This document shows positions 26,900 to 40,149 of a stretch of 64,000 nucleotides of DNA, one piece after another (position 1 is the stretch's first letter; each line of letters opens with the position of its first letter). Under the pieces are notes generated by a model, which saw only the letters and a program-made list of their open reading frames with translations, was not told where the DNA came from and searched no databases. This DNA is from Mobula hypostoma (taxonomy: Eukaryota), in NCBI RefSeq assembly GCF_963921235.1, contig NC_086097.1, forward strand, positions 195,550,001 to 195,614,000, written 5' to 3'. Position numbers and translations under genes: made by a program.

Positions 26900-27985
26900 C
26901 AAATGCTGTCCAACATGCCTGCCTGTGCTAGTCTCATTTGGCCCTTGTCCATCTAAACATTAACACAAGAAAACCTGCAGATGCTGGAAATCTAAAGTAA
27001 CACATGCAATATGCTGGAGCAACTCAGAATCCTCCAAGATTTTGTGTGTGTCCATCTAAACATTTCCTGTTCATGTATCTGTCCTAATAACTCTATCACT
27101 TCCTCTGGCAGCCTGTTCTATGTACCTACAACTCTGTGTGTGAAAAGCATTCTCCTCCATTCCCCTGTAAATCTTTCCCTTCACGTTTTAAACCTATACC
27201 CAGCACTGAATGCTGTGAGACACCACTGGTCAAAAGCCTCCAATTTGTAAAATAGCCCTCCACTACCACCCTCTGACTCCCTCCATCAAGCTAATTTTAT
27301 CTCCAGTTGTTTAGGTCACCCTGGATCCTATGTGTTATCATGTTCCAGACTGGACCAGCCTAGCACAGAGGATCTTGTCAAAAGCCTCATTATAGTCCTT
27401 TAGAGAGCATCTACCAACCTTTCTTCATTTCTTTGCACCCTTTCAACAACTCAATTAAAATTGTGAGACAAAATTTCCCTTGCACAAAGCCATGCTGACT
27501 ATTTTTAACCAGTCCTTGCCTTTCTAAATGCAAATAATCCTGTCTTTCAGAATCCCCTCCAGTGCCTTTTCCACCACTGAGGTTAGGCTCACCAGCTTGT
27601 AGGTCCCCAACTTTTCTTTGCAGCCCTCCTCAAAAAGAGGCACAACATTAGTCACCCTCCAGTCTCCCCTTAAAATTACCCCTGTCTGAATGTAGGATTT
27701 TAAATTGTGGGCCAGTACTATCTTTTCCCAAAACTATTTTAAAACTAATCGAATTATAGTCACGAGTCCCTAAGTCCTCACTCCTGACTATTTTCCCAAG
27801 AGGAAGTATTGTTTTGCCACCTCTCGAGCCAAATATACTTTGCTTGAAACAGTTTTCCTGAACACACTTAAATAATTGTTCTCCATCTAATTCTCCTCCA
27901 TCATGCAAGCAAGTTAACTTTGGGAGACCTTCACCAATAATATCTTCATGGATTCTCTGTGGGCAGGAATTTGGTACAGGTTCTC
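26900..27985 (-). mobile_element. Old internally deleted CR1
   Basis: Reverse complement of SQHGFVQG coding (GCACAAAGCCATGCTGACT) and a DYNSISFKI APE-end motif. Confidence 0.75.
26962..27048. mobile_element. Short fold-back PLE-tail insert
   Basis: Perfect 16-bp TSD TGTCCATCTAAACATT at 26946-26961 and 27049-27064. Confidence 0.82.
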
Positions 27986-28196
27986 CATAGAACATAGAAA
28001 TCTACATTACAGGCCTTTCAGCCCACAATGTTGTGCCGACCATGTAACCTCCTCATAAACTGCTGAGAATTTCCCTACCACATAGCCCTCTATTTTTCTG
28101 AGCATTATGTAGAGTCTCTTAACAGACCCTATTGTACCTGCCTCTACTACTGTCGCTGGCAGTGCATTCCACGCATCCACCACTCTCTGTGTGAAA
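27986..28196 (-). mobile_element. CR1 3' tip
   Basis: CATAGAACATAGAAA tail. Reverse-complement match to the 3'UTR of the CR1 copy ending at 7243. Confidence 0.88.
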
Positions 28197-28334
28197 TTAA
28201 TTTAACTGTGTAACCCAGTTATTAAACATAACAGTACAAGTTGAAAAAGTCATAAGTAGAGAAATCAAGCCTTTGACTTTCTGATTAAAGCGGTTCAATG
28301 ATTAATATTAAATATTCAAAGATGATCATATTAC

Positions 28335-30569
28335 AGAAATACTGTTAAAGGATAGATCTGGTCCTAGGGTTGAGGTTCTTAACTGGAAGAAGGCCAAATT
28401 TGAAGAAATGAGAAAGGATCTAAAAAGCGAGGATTGGGACAGATTGTTCTCTGGCATGGATGTGATCGGTAGGTGGGAAGCCTTCAAAGCAGAAATTTTG
28501 AGAGTGCAGAATTTGTATGTTCCTGTCAGGATTAAAGGCAAGGTGAATAGGAATAAGGAACCTTGATTCTCAAGGGATATTGCAACTCTGATAAAGAAGA
28601 AGAGGGAGTTGTATGAGGTGTATAGGAAGCAGGGAGTAAATAAGGTGCTTGAGGAGTATAAGAAGTGCAAGAAAATACTTAAGAAAGAAATCAGGAGGGC
28701 GAAAAGAAGACATGAGGTTGCCTTGGCAGTCAAAGTGAAGGATAATCCAAAGAGCTTTTACAGGTATATTAAGAGCAAAAGGATTGTAAGGGATAAAATT
28801 AGTCCTCTTGAAGATCAGAGTGGTCGGCTATGTGCGGAACCAAAGGAAACGGGGGAGATCTTAAATAGGTTTTTTGCGTCTGTGTTTACTAAGGAAACTG
28901 GCATGAAGTCTATGGAATTAAGGGAAACAAGTAGCGAGATCATGGAAACTGTAAAGATCGAAAAGGAGGAGGTCCTTGCTGTCTTGAGGAAAATTAAAGT
29001 GGATAAATCCCCCGGACCTGACAGGATGTTCCCTCGGACCTTGAAGGAGACTAGTGTTGAAATTGCAGGGGCCCTGGCTGAAATATTTAAAATGTCGCTG
29101 TCTACAGGTGAGGTGCCGGAGGACTGGAGAGTGGCTCATGTTGTTCCGTTGTTTAAAAAAGGATCGAAAAGTAATCCGGGAAATTATAGGCCAGTAAGTT
29201 TAACGTCGGTAGTAGGTAAGTTATTGGAGGGAGTACTAAGAGACAGAATCTACAAGCATTTGGATAGACTGATTAGGGAGAGTCAACATGGCTTTGTGCG
29301 TGGTAGGTCATGTTTGACCAATCTATTGGAGTTTTTCCAGGAGGTTACCAGGAAAGTGGATGAAGGGAAGGCAGTGGATATTGTCTACATGGACTTCAGT
29401 AAGGCCTTTGACAAGGTCCCGCATGGGAGGTTAGTTAGGAAAATTCAGTCGCTAGGTATACATGGAGAGGTGGTAAATTGGATTAGACATTGGCTCGATG
29501 GAAGAAGCCAGAGAGTGGTGGTAGAGAATTGCTTCTCTGAGTGGAGGCCTGTGACTAGTGGTGTGCCACAGGGGTCAGTGCTGGGTCCATTGTTATATGT
29601 CATCCATAGCAATGATCTGGATGATAATGTGGTAAATTGGATCAGCAAGTTTGCTGATGATACAAAGATTGGAGGTGTAGTAGACAGTGAGGAAGGTTTT
29701 CAGAGCCTGCAGAGGGACTTGGACCAGCTGGAAAAATGGGCTGAAAAATGGCAGATGGAGTTTAATATTGACAAGTGTGAGGTATTGCACGTTGGAAGGA
29801 CAAGCCAACGTAGAACATACAGGGTTAATGGTAAGGCACTGAGGAGTGCAGTGGAACAGAGGGATCTGGGAATACAGATACAAAATTCCCTAAAAGTGGC
29901 GTCACAGGTAGAAAGGGTCGTAAAGAGAGCTTTTGGTACATTGGCCTTTATTAATCAAAGTATTGAGTATAGGAGCTGGAATGTTGTGATGAGGTTGTAT
30001 AAGGCATTGGTGAAGCCGAATCTGGAGTATTGTGTTCAGTTTTGGTCACCAAATTACAGGGAGGATATAAATAAGGTTGAAAGAGTGCAGAGAAGGTTTA
30101 CAAGGATGTTGCCGGGATTTGAGAAACTCAGTTACAGAGAAAGATTGAATAGGTTGGGACTTTATTCCCTGGAGCGTAGAAGAATGAGGGGAGATTTGAT
30201 AGAGGTATATAAAATTATGATGGGTATAGATAGAGTGAATGCAAGCAGGCTTTTTCCACTGAGACAAGGGGAGAAAAAAACCAGAGGACATGGGTTAAGG
30301 GTGAGGGGGGAAAAGTTTAAAGGGAACATTGAGGGGGGCTTCTTCACACAGAGGGTGGTGGGAGTATGGAATGAGCTGCCAGACGAGGTGGTAAATACGG
30401 GTTCTTTTTTAACATTTAAGAATAAATTGGACAGATACATGGATGGGAGGCGTATGGAGGGATATGGTCCGTGTGCAGGTCAGTGGGACTAGGCAGAAAA
30501 TGGTTCGGCACAGCCAAGAAGGGCCAAAGGGCCTGTTTCTGTGCTGTGGTTTCTATGGTTTCTATGGTT
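28335..30569 (+). mobile_element. Young 5'-truncated CR1 LINE
   Basis: Continuous ORF2 homology from the post-APE linker to the stop codon, then 3'UTR and TTCTATGGTTTCTATGG tail. Confidence 0.97.
28609..30492 (+). CDS. CR1 ORF2 segment, 627 aa, complete RT domain, lacking endonuclease
   Basis: [32 protein letters not shown] and FADD motifs in one open frame. An in-frame TGA at 28564 lies upstream, so it is probably not expressed. Confidence 0.85.
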   Translation: MYEVYRKQGVNKVLEEYKKCKKILKKEIRRAKRRHEVALAVKVKDNPKSFYRYIKSKRIVRDKISPLEDQSGRLCAEPKETGEILNRFFASVFTKETGMKSMELRETSSEIMETVKIEKEEVLAVLRKIKVDKSPGPDRMFPRTLKETSVEIAGALAEIFKMSLSTGEVPEDWRVAHVVPLFKKGSKSNPGNYRPVSLTSVVGKLLEGVLRDRIYKHLDRLIRESQHGFVRGRSCLTNLLEFFQEVTRKVDEGKAVDIVYMDFSKAFDKVPHGRLVRKIQSLGIHGEVVNWIRHWLDGRSQRVVVENCFSEWRPVTSGVPQGSVLGPLLYVIHSNDLDDNVVNWISKFADDTKIGGVVDSEEGFQSLQRDLDQLEKWAEKWQMEFNIDKCEVLHVGRTSQRRTYRVNGKALRSAVEQRDLGIQIQNSLKVASQVERVVKRAFGTLAFINQSIEYRSWNVVMRLYKALVKPNLEYCVQFWSPNYREDINKVERVQRRFTRMLPGFEKLSYRERLNRLGLYSLERRRMRGDLIEVYKIMMGIDRVNASRLFPLRQGEKKTRGHGLRVRGEKFKGNIEGGFFTQRVVGVWNELPDEVVNTGSFLTFKNKLDRYMDGRRMEGYGPCAGQWD

Positions 30570-33269
30570 AATACAGGAATTCTCCATTTATGTTGTATTT
30601 AAAACTATTCTATTTTCTACTATTCCTGTCCTAATGCATAGATATGGGCAATAAATTTTGGTCTTGCCATTAAGTCCCACATCTCCTAACTGACTTAAAC
30701 AGATTTAAACAGCCCAAATCAGCTAATGCAGATTACTGTAACATTGCTTTTTATTTAATGAGACTAATGAAAATGTTTGGAAAGACTGAACAACAGGAAG
30801 TTATAAATAATCATCTATTGCCAATCATTCCTTCTTTATATTCAGTCTGTTCTTCTTGTTTTGTCTTGTATGTCCATTCACATTCTAGGCAAAAATACTA
30901 ACAGGAAATTTCTGACAAATGCATCGCTCTTCAACTATCATTGTGATCAACAATTATGAAAGATGAATCAAATGGTGAAGTAAAGTAGATGCCACAAATT
31001 AATGTCACTAATTTTGAGTTTTTCTGAACTGCAATGCATATGAATAATTGCAGCATAAACATTAATCATTCTCCATCCATTAAATTAAATGAATTGCAAC
31101 TGATACACCAAAGGAAACCAATTATTTTTTTCTTTTGGGGGACTCTATATTCAAGGGCTGATATGTTTTTTTTATTTTGGTTACATTAATATTCTTTGAA
31201 TCTTTTCGATTTTTGGAAGGAATCTTGCACCAGAAAATTCAACTTTTTCCATTTCTGTATTAACATAGTATTGTTAATCTGCTCCAAAGACACACTTAAA
31301 GCCATCCCTGGTAATCAGGGCATATTCTCAAAACTATGTATGCTATTTGTATGCAAGTAATATTGCACAAAAATTCAAAGTAATATCCACAGAATATAAA
31401 AAGAAATTCAATACGTTTTAGGAATAATTTTACATTGCCAGGATTGGTGTTTTCTTTAATTCTTCATGAGCATAGGAAGCTGTTTGGAGCAGTACACCTG
31501 CACTTGGACACAGTCAGTTTGCACTGCATTCCAATGACTACTACTATGGTTAGTCTTGGAAACTCAGAAATAAGTCCCTGATGTCACAGACATGGCCTTC
31601 ACTAAATAGCTAGATTTAACTACCTGGGTGTTTGGAGACTGATTATTAAATGGAGTAATATAATGTCCGCATCAAAGGCTTCCATTAAAATGCAGCACTC
31701 TGTAACACAAGATAATCCCTTCAATCGGCTCTGGCGAGCTGAGGGTGAAGGAGTGCGGGGACAGGAGCTGAAATGTGAGTGGGCTCAACTCCTTATTGCA
31801 AAATATGTTTAGCCATGTGCTGTGTGTGTCTGAGAGAGGGCATTAGCTCAAGTGATTAGCTCTAAAATGGCAGGCTTACTTTCAAATCAGTGGAGTCATG
31901 GCAGCACACTTCCAGTAAGCATCCAATGGAAGTGCTCCTCCACTCTCATCAATATAGTGTTAAGGATGCCATTTTTCACAAGTGTGCAGTAGTATTTTGA
32001 TATCCAAACTGCACCTCCACCTTCAACTAACCAGCTTCATTGACCTAAGTTTCAATTCTCTCAGTTGTGAAAATCCAACAAATGAGTAAGCGCGCTTTAA
32101 TTTGATTGTCTGGTATATTATTGGAATTATAAATACAATTGTGCGTAAACTAGTTTTCACTCACTTTTGATGAATTAAATGGGTAGCAAATAGCACTGCC
32201 GCCCATTCAGATCCCACATACAATATCCTCACAAACTGGATAAAAAGTGTAAAATGGCACTCTCATGGTTTTCACAGAATCATGCCTTAACATAATCTAT
32301 GAAATTTCGAAAAGAAGTGAAATTAAAATCTCCCATCTGATGTGTCTTTATCATGGAGATCACTGGGGGGCATCAGACTTTTAAACAGCCTCTATCCATG
32401 GCAACCACAGAGCAACTGCCCAAAAGGTATGAGGAAAAGTACCATGGGAAGGGATGCATGAAGGTCTTCTCTGTATGTGGCCAGCCCCCTGTCACAGTGA
32501 GATGGAGGATGAGATCTCAGTTTGTAGTTGTAACGTGCACAGGAATGAAAATCAGCATTGAAATAGGCAGTGAAGAGATTTCAAATATCCTGAGCTTTGA
32601 AGATTGAGAATGTGACCACTGAATGCACAACATCAATATGGAGTTGCTTTAACTGATGTCACATTTGGAATTTCAATGCAATATTCTCCTGGCATTTTTT
32701 GTGAATTTGTATCATATACTCTAATTTATGCCAACAAGGAAGTAAGCATATACAGTCTGACTTATGACTTCTTTAGGGACCCAAATAATGCCAGGAAAAA
32801 TTATGTTTATGCATTGAGCTTTGTACAGGAGTACCAAGACCAGTTTTCCAATGGACATAATTTCACTCAGAAGTAATATATCTAAAGAGGCTACAATTGC
32901 ATTTATGTGTGATTTTGCATATACAACCTGAATGCCAGTGGACCTAATTTCTAAACTCTAATTTCATATTCTTCTTGCTTCAAATGAAATACCAGTGTAA
33001 TATAAACTCAGATGCACCAACTCAAATTGCAATGTTTGATCCAATTAATTCTGTGTATTATGCTTTACTTGACATCAGATGGTAACACTGACCAAGGTTT
33101 CGAGAGGAATTTTGACGTTTACCTGTTAGTGGTGTAAAATAGTTTGAATAGAGTGAGTTACAGGTTTTATTCAGAATGTTTTTTCAGCACGAAATGCATG
33201 TCATTATCAGAACTGTTAAGTTGTGTTACAATTTTGGTACACCAACTGTTATTCTATATATAATATAGA

Positions 33270-34728
33270 ATTGGAGGCTCCACTTCTTAAAAAAGGAGGG
33301 AGAGAGAAACCGGGGAATTATAGACCGGTTAGCCTAACGTCGGTGGTGGGGAAACTGCTGGAGTCAGTTATCAAGGATGTGATAACAGCACATTTGGAAA
33401 GCGGTGAAATCATCGGACAAAGTCAGCATGGATTTGTGAAAGGAAAATCATGTCTGACGAATCTCATAGAATTTTTTGAGGATGTAACTAGTAGAGTGGA
33501 TAGGGGAGAACCAGTGGATGTGGTATATTTGGATTTTCAAAAGGCTTTTGACAAGGTCCCACGCAGGAGATTAGTGTGCAAACTTAAAGCACACGGTATT
33601 GGGGGTAAGATATTGGTGTGGGTGGAGAATTAGTTAGCAGACAGGAAGCAAAGAGTGGGAATAAACGGGACCTTTTCAGAATAGCAGGCGGTGACTAGTG
33701 GGGTACCGCAAGGCTCAGTGCTGGGACCCCAGTTGTTTACAATATATATTAATGACTTGGATGAGGGAATTGAATGCAGCATCTCCAAGTTTGCGGATGA
33801 CACGAAGCTGGGTGGCAGTGTTATCTGTGAGGAGGATGCTAAGAGGATGCAGGGTGACTTGGATAGGTTGGGTGAGTGGGCAAATTCATGGCAGATGTAA
33901 TTTAATGTGGATAAATGTGAAGTTATCCACTTTGGTGGCAAAAATAGGAAAACAGATTATTATCTGAATGGTGGCCGATTAGGAAAAGGGGAGGTGCAAC
34001 GAGACCTGGGTGTCATTATACACCAGTCATTGAAAGTGGGCATGCAGGTACAGCAGGCGGTGAAAAAGGCAAACTGTATGCTGGCATTTATAGCAAGAGG
34101 ATTCGAGTACAGGAGCAGGGAGGTTCTACTGCAGTTGTACAAGGCCTTGGTGAGAGCACACCTGGAGTATTGTGTGCAGTTTTGGTCCCCTAATCTGAGG
34201 AAAGACATCCTTGCCATAGAGGGAATACAAAGAAGGTTCACCAGATTGATTCCTGGGATGGCAGGACTTTCATATGAAGAAAGACTGGATGAACTGGGCT
34301 TGTACTCGTTGGAATTTAGAAGATTGAGGGGGGATCTGATTGAAACGTATAATATCCTAAAGGGATTGGACAGGCTAGATGCAGGAAGATTGTTCCCGAT
34401 GTTGGGGAAGTCCAGAACGAGGGGCCACAGTTTGAGGATAGAGGGGAAGCCTTTTAGGACTGAGATTAGGAAAAACTTCTTCACACAGAGAGTGGTGAAT
34501 CTGTGGAATTCTCTGCCACAGGAAACAGTTGAGGCCAGTTCATTGGCTATATTTAAGAGGGAGTTAGATATGGCCCTTGTGGCTACGGGGGTCAGGGGGT
34601 ATGGAGGGAAGGCTGGGGCGGGGTTCTGAGTTGGATGATCAGCCATGATCATAATAAATGGCGGTGCAGGCTCGAAGGGCCGAATGGCCTACTCCTGCAC
34701 CTATTTTCTATGTTTCTATGTTTCTATG
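33270..34728 (+). mobile_element. Young CR1 (RT to 3' end) with nonsense mutations
   Basis: [33 protein letters not shown] and KFADDTK in one frame broken by stops (e.g. 33682 TAG, 33898 TAA). (TTCTATGT)n tail. Confidence 0.96.
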
Positions 34729-35449
34729 TACTGTATATGTTCATGTATAGAGTGTCACTGCTTTCAAACTAATGTCTTGCCAATTTGTATTTTTAACAGA
34801 GAGAGAGTAAAAACCCCAAATTCAGTCAGGCTGCTTTGCCACCCATATTACTTTAAGAATATTAATTTGCAAAATCAAATTCAGTACTGCAAGGTGGATT
34901 ATTTGTAGAAAATCCTTCTGTAGTATTAAGAATATTTTCTTAATTTACTTTATATTTTTTCCTTCAAATCTGAGTTGTCTGTATATAGGAGTCTACCAGA
35001 GACAGCTCATTCATGAATTACAAGTTATTCTGTCGTAGCACATTATGGTTGATATTTAAATAAACTTTTGCAACACTTATGTAAGAGATTTATTGTTCAG
35101 AAAATAAAGGTTCTTAGTTTAAGCTGTCAAAAGTAGAAAGTTTGGTAATCAATGGACCATAATGTGGAGCTAAAGAACACTTTTTCCTCCTCTTTAATTC
35201 AAAGAAAATAAAAAATAATAGTTTCACCCAGTTTCTTGGTTGTAGGCATGACGTAAACTGCTGGTTGAGAAGTAAAAACAGAAATCAGCACATTTGTTAT
35301 AATCTCTAACATACCACAGACGTACCCTTCGTTTATCTCTCCATCCACTCCCATTTTCTTACATTTCTTGGTTCTAATGTAGGTTTATTGACCTGAGATG
35401 TCACTTTTTTTTCTCAATCCACAAAAGTCCTCTGACCAGCCGAAACATT

Positions 35450-36125
35450 TCAGCCCAAAACATCAACTGTATTGTTTTCTTTTCCAATATTTTTATTAGT
35501 TTCTATATAGAAGAATACAGAGTAGAAGAAAGTATATATAAAAGGTCAAAAAAGATTTTAAAAACTAGCAATTACATTATATCTATTCATAATAACAATC
35601 TCATTGCCCTGTATTCATGTAAGTTAATCAAAAGTTATATTGAAATATACTAATTTATTACAAAAAAAGAGTCTAACCCCTACCAAGACCGAAGCTGTTT
35701 ATTAAGGAGAAAAAAAGGTAAAATACCTTCTCATATAATAAAAATTAATAATAGCCAACATCTGAATTTAAACAATGAATTGAAGCTTTTGAAAGTTTTG
35801 AAAATAATTCAGAAAAGGTGCCCACAATGTTTGAAAGTCTTGACGAGAGTCAGAAGTTGAACAACAAACCTTCTCTAAATCTGAGCTTGACATAACGTCG
35901 CATAACTATTGAGCATGAGTAGGAGGTAAAACATCTTTCCATTTAAACAGAAGCGCCCTCCTAGCTATAAGAGAGCTAAAGGCCAAAATATGTAAATCAG
36001 ATGTCTTCAGCTTGATATCTTGTCCTGCAACAATACCGAATAGGGCCGTCAGAGGATTAGGCTTAAAATTGACTGTACTATTTTCCTAGACGCTGCTTGG
36101 CCTGTCGAGTCCTTCAGCATTCTGA
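35450..36125 (+). mobile_element. PLE-tail fragment split by an L1 insertion
   Basis: CAGCCCAAAACATCAACTGT lies before and CTAGACGCTGCTTGGCCTG after the L1 piece. Confidence 0.65.
35480..36071 (-). mobile_element. L1-clade LINE 3' fragment
   Basis: My minus-strand translation PNPLTALFGI...LAFSSLIARRALLFKWKDVLPPTHAQ*LCDVMS..LEK resembles the fish L1 ORF2 C-terminus. AATAAA and an A-rich end follow. An imperfect 14-bp TSD is at 35466-35479 and 36072-36085. Confidence 0.8.
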
Positions 36126-36294
36126 GAGTGGTCCTCTGACATGTTAGTATTGCCAACACTCTCTGTCTTTCTTTCAGATGTCTAGCATCCACAGCTTTTA
36201 TTACTTTATGGCTGCAGCGCTGGGTTCTGCGGTCCAATTTTAATAGATGGAGTCTTTGCCATACATTTGATCCTGTGACCAAATAATACAAATA

Positions 36295-36880
36295 ATAAAC
36301 ATAAGAAAATTGGCAGATGCTAGAAAGACAAAGCAACACACACAAAATGCTAGAGAAACTCAGCAAGTCAGAGAGCATCTATGAAAATGAATAAACGGTT
36401 GACATATCTGGCCGAGACTCTTCTTCAGGACTGGAAAGGAAGGTGGAAGTGCCAGAATAAAAAAATGGGGGGAGCGGAAGGAGGATAGCTAGTAGGTGAT
36501 AGGGGAAGCCAGGTGGGTGGGGAAGGTCAAGGGCTGGAGAAGAAGGAGTCTGATAGGAGAGAAGAATGGGTCATAAGAGAAAGGGAAGGGGAGGAGACCC
36601 AGAGGGAGTGATAGGCAGGTGAGAAGAGGTAAGAGGCAGAGTGGAGAATAGAACAAGAAGGAAGGGGGAGGAATTTTTCTTTACCTGAAGCAGGAATTGA
36701 TATTCATGTCATTAATTTGGAGGCTACACAGATAGATCATAAAGTATTGTTACCCCACCCTGAAGGTGGCCTCATTCAGGCACAAGTGGACACCATGGAC
36801 TAACATATCGAATGGGAATGGGAATCAGAATTGAAATGTTTGGCCACCAGGTAATTCCAAATGGAGCAGAGGTGCTCGAC
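36295..36880 (-). mobile_element. PLE 3' portion with decayed hammerhead
   Basis: Collinear with 8840-9520: tail, purine-rich tract, then the reversed SHSH coding AATGGGAATGGGAAT. Confidence 0.82.
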
Positions 36881-39124
36881 TAATACTAAGTTGGTTTTCT
36901 AGACATTCAAAGATACCTGAAAAACAGCTTGGCTTAATTTTAAGTCAAGTGTATGTTGGTCATGCTTTTGCTTTCAGATTTGAATTTTGCAGCTACCAGG
37001 TCCGTTTTACACTCATAAACAAGGTTAACGAGATCCAGTCTCCACCCCTATAGCAAATGTTTCCTACAAACTCATTTAACACACAGTTTTCTTCAAATTT
37101 ATCCTTATTTTGTAGGTCGAAGAAGAATTCAATTAAACAAATTTCTTCCTGATAATAAGACCATAGACCATAAGACCATAAGATAAAGGAGTAGAAGTTG
37201 GCTATTCGGCCCATTGAGTCTGCTCCGCCATTTTATCATGAGCTGTTCCATTCTCCCATTTAGTCCCACTCCCCAGCCTTCTCACCATAACCTTTGATCC
37301 CTGGCTACTCAGATACCTATCAATCTCTGCCTTAAATACACCCAATGACTTGACCTCCACTGCCACCCGTGGCAACAAATTCCACAGAATCACCACCCTC
37401 TGGCTAAAAAAATTTCTTCGCATCTCTGTTCTGAATGGGCACCCTTCAATCCTCAAGTCATGCCCTCACGTACTAGACTCCCCCACCATGGGAAACAACT
37501 TTGCTACATCCACTCTGTCCATGCCTTTCAACATTTGAAATGTTTCTATGAGTTTCTATGAGTTCTTCTGAACTCCAAGGAGTACAGTCCAACAGCGGTC
37601 AAGGGGTCCTCATATGTTAACCTTCTCATTCCCGGAATCATCCCAGTGAATCTTCTCTGAACCCTCTCCAATGTCGGCACATCCTTTCTTAAATAAGGAG
37701 CCCAAAACTGTACACAGTACTCCAAGTGAGGTCTCACCAGTGCCTTATAGAGCCTCAACATCACATCCCTGCTCCTATACTCTATTCCTCTAGAAATGAA
37801 TGCCAACATTGCATTCGTCTTCTTCACCGCTGACTCAACCTGGAGGTTAACCTTAAGGGTCCCAAGTCCCGTTGCATCTCAGAACTTTGAATTCTCTCCT
37901 TATTTAAATAATAGTCTGCCCTTTTATTTTTTTCTACCAAAGTGCATAACCATACACTTTCCAACACTGTATTTCATTTGCCACTTCTTTGCCCATTCTT
38001 CCAATCTATCCAAGTCTCTCTGCAGACTTTCTGTTTCCTCAGCACTATCAGCCCCTCCACCTATCTTTGTATCATCAGCAAACTTAGCCACAAAGCCATC
38101 TATTCCATAATCCAAATCGTTGATGTACAACATAAAAAGAAGCGGCCCCAACACGGACCCCCGTGGAACACCACTGGTAGCCGGAGCCAACCAGAATGGG
38201 ATCCCTTTGTTCCCACTCTCTGTTTCCTGCCAATCAGCCAAAGCTCTATCCACATATGTAACTTTCCTGTAATTCCATGGGCTCTTATCTTGTTTAGCAG
38301 CCTCATGTGCGGCACCTTGTCAAAGGCCTTCTGGAAGTCCAAATACACAACATCCGCAGCATCGCCCCTGTCTAGCCTACTTGTAATTTCCTCAAAAAAT
38401 TTCAATTGGTTTGTTAGGCAGGATTTTCCTTTAAGGAAACCATGCTGAGTTCTGCCTGTCTTGTCATATGTCTCCAGGTATTCCATAACACCATCCTTGA
38501 CAATCAACACCAACAACTTCCCAACCACCGATGTCAAGCTAACAGGTCTACAATTTCCTTTTTGCTTCCTTGCCTCCTTCTTAAATAGCAGAGTGATATT
38601 TGCAATCTTCCAGTCCTCTGGAACCATGCCGGAATCTATTGACTTTTGAAAGATCATCACTAATGCCTCCGCAATCTCCACAGCTACTTCCTTCAGAACA
38701 CAAGGGTGCATTCCATCTGGTCCAGGAGATTTATCTACCCTTTGACTATTCAGCTTCCTGAGTACTTTCTCTGTCATAACTGTGACTGCGCATGCTTCTC
38801 TTCCCTGACACCCTTGACTGTCCGGTATACTGCTGACGTCCTCCTCAGTGAAGACGGATGCAAAATACTCGTTCCGTTCATCTGCCATCTCCTTATCTCC
38901 CATTACAATTTCTCCAGCACCATTTTCTATCAGTCCTATATCTACTCTCACCTGTCTTTTACTCTTTATATACTCGAAAAAGCTTTTAGTATCCTCTTTG
39001 ATATTTATTTGCTAGCTTCCTCTCATAGTTCATCTTTTCCCTCTTAATGACCCTCTTAGTTTCCTTTTGTAAGCTTTTAAAAACTTCCTAGTTCTCTGTC
39101 TTCTCACTAAGTTTGCTTCCTTGC

Positions 39125-40149
39125 TGTCTGGGGCTCTGAATAGTGGTAAGGGAGGAAGTGTAAGGGCATGTGTAGCACTTGTTCTGCTTACAAGGATAAG
39201 TGCCAGGAGGGAGATCAGTGAGGAAGGAGGGGGGGGACAAATGGACAAGGGAGTCACGTAGAGTTTCCCTCCCCCCCCCGCCGCTATCCACAGGGATCGC
39301 TCCCTACGCGACTCCCTTGTCCATTCGTTCCCCCCCCCCCATCCCTCCCCATTGATCTCCCTCCTGGCACTTATCCTTGTAAGCAGAACAAGTGCTACAC
39401 ATGCCCTTACACCTCCTCCCTTACCACCATTCAGGATGCTTCAACTGTGAGTCGGCTGGGGTGATATACTGCGTCCGGTGCTCCTGATGTGGCCTTCTAT
39501 ATATTGACGAGACTCGACGCAGACTGGGAGATTGTTTTGCTGAACACCTACACCTTGTCCGCCAGAGAAAGCAGGATCTCCCAATGGCCACATATTTTAA
39601 TTCCACATCCCATTCCCATTCTGACATGTCTATCCATGGCCTCCTCTACTGTAAGGTTGAAGCCACACTCAGGTTGGAGGAACAACACCTTATATTCCGT
39701 CTGGGTTGCCTCCAACCTGATAGCATAAGCATTGAATTCTCTAACTTCCGCTAATGCCCCACCTCCCCCTCGTACCCATCCGTTATTTATTTATATACAC
39801 ACATTCTTTCTCTCACTCTCCTTTTTCTCCCTCTGTCCCTCTGACTATACCCCTTGCCCATCCTCTGGGTTCCCCTCCCTCCCCTTTTTCCTTCTCCTTG
39901 GGCCTCCTGTCCCATGATCCTCTCAAATCCTTTTTGCCAGTCACCTGTCCAGCTCTTGGCTCCATCCTTCCCCCTCCTGTCTTCTCCTATCATTTTGGAT
40001 CTCCCCCTCCCCCTCCCACTTTCAAATCTCTTACTAGCTCTTCCTTCAGTTAGTCCTGACAAAGGGTCTCGGCTTGAAACGTCGACTGTACCTCTTCCTA
40101 GAGATGCTGCCTGGCCTGCTGCGTTCACCAGCAACTTTGATGTGTGTTG
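39125..40149 (+). mobile_element. PLE 3' portion with 5' fold-back inverted duplication
   Basis: 39140-39261 is the reverse complement of about 39305-39430. GIY-YIG-region sequence, tail and hammerhead follow. Confidence 0.9.
40052..40087 (+). ncRNA. Hammerhead motif with mutated core
   Basis: AGTC-CTGACAA-AGGGTCTCGGCTT-GAAACGTC-GACT. CUGACGA has become CUGACAA. Confidence 0.55.

Noticed and set aside
33960..34652. 230-aa antisense ORF, and similar ones opposite other CR1 copies
   Set aside because: Shadow frames of CR1 ORF2.
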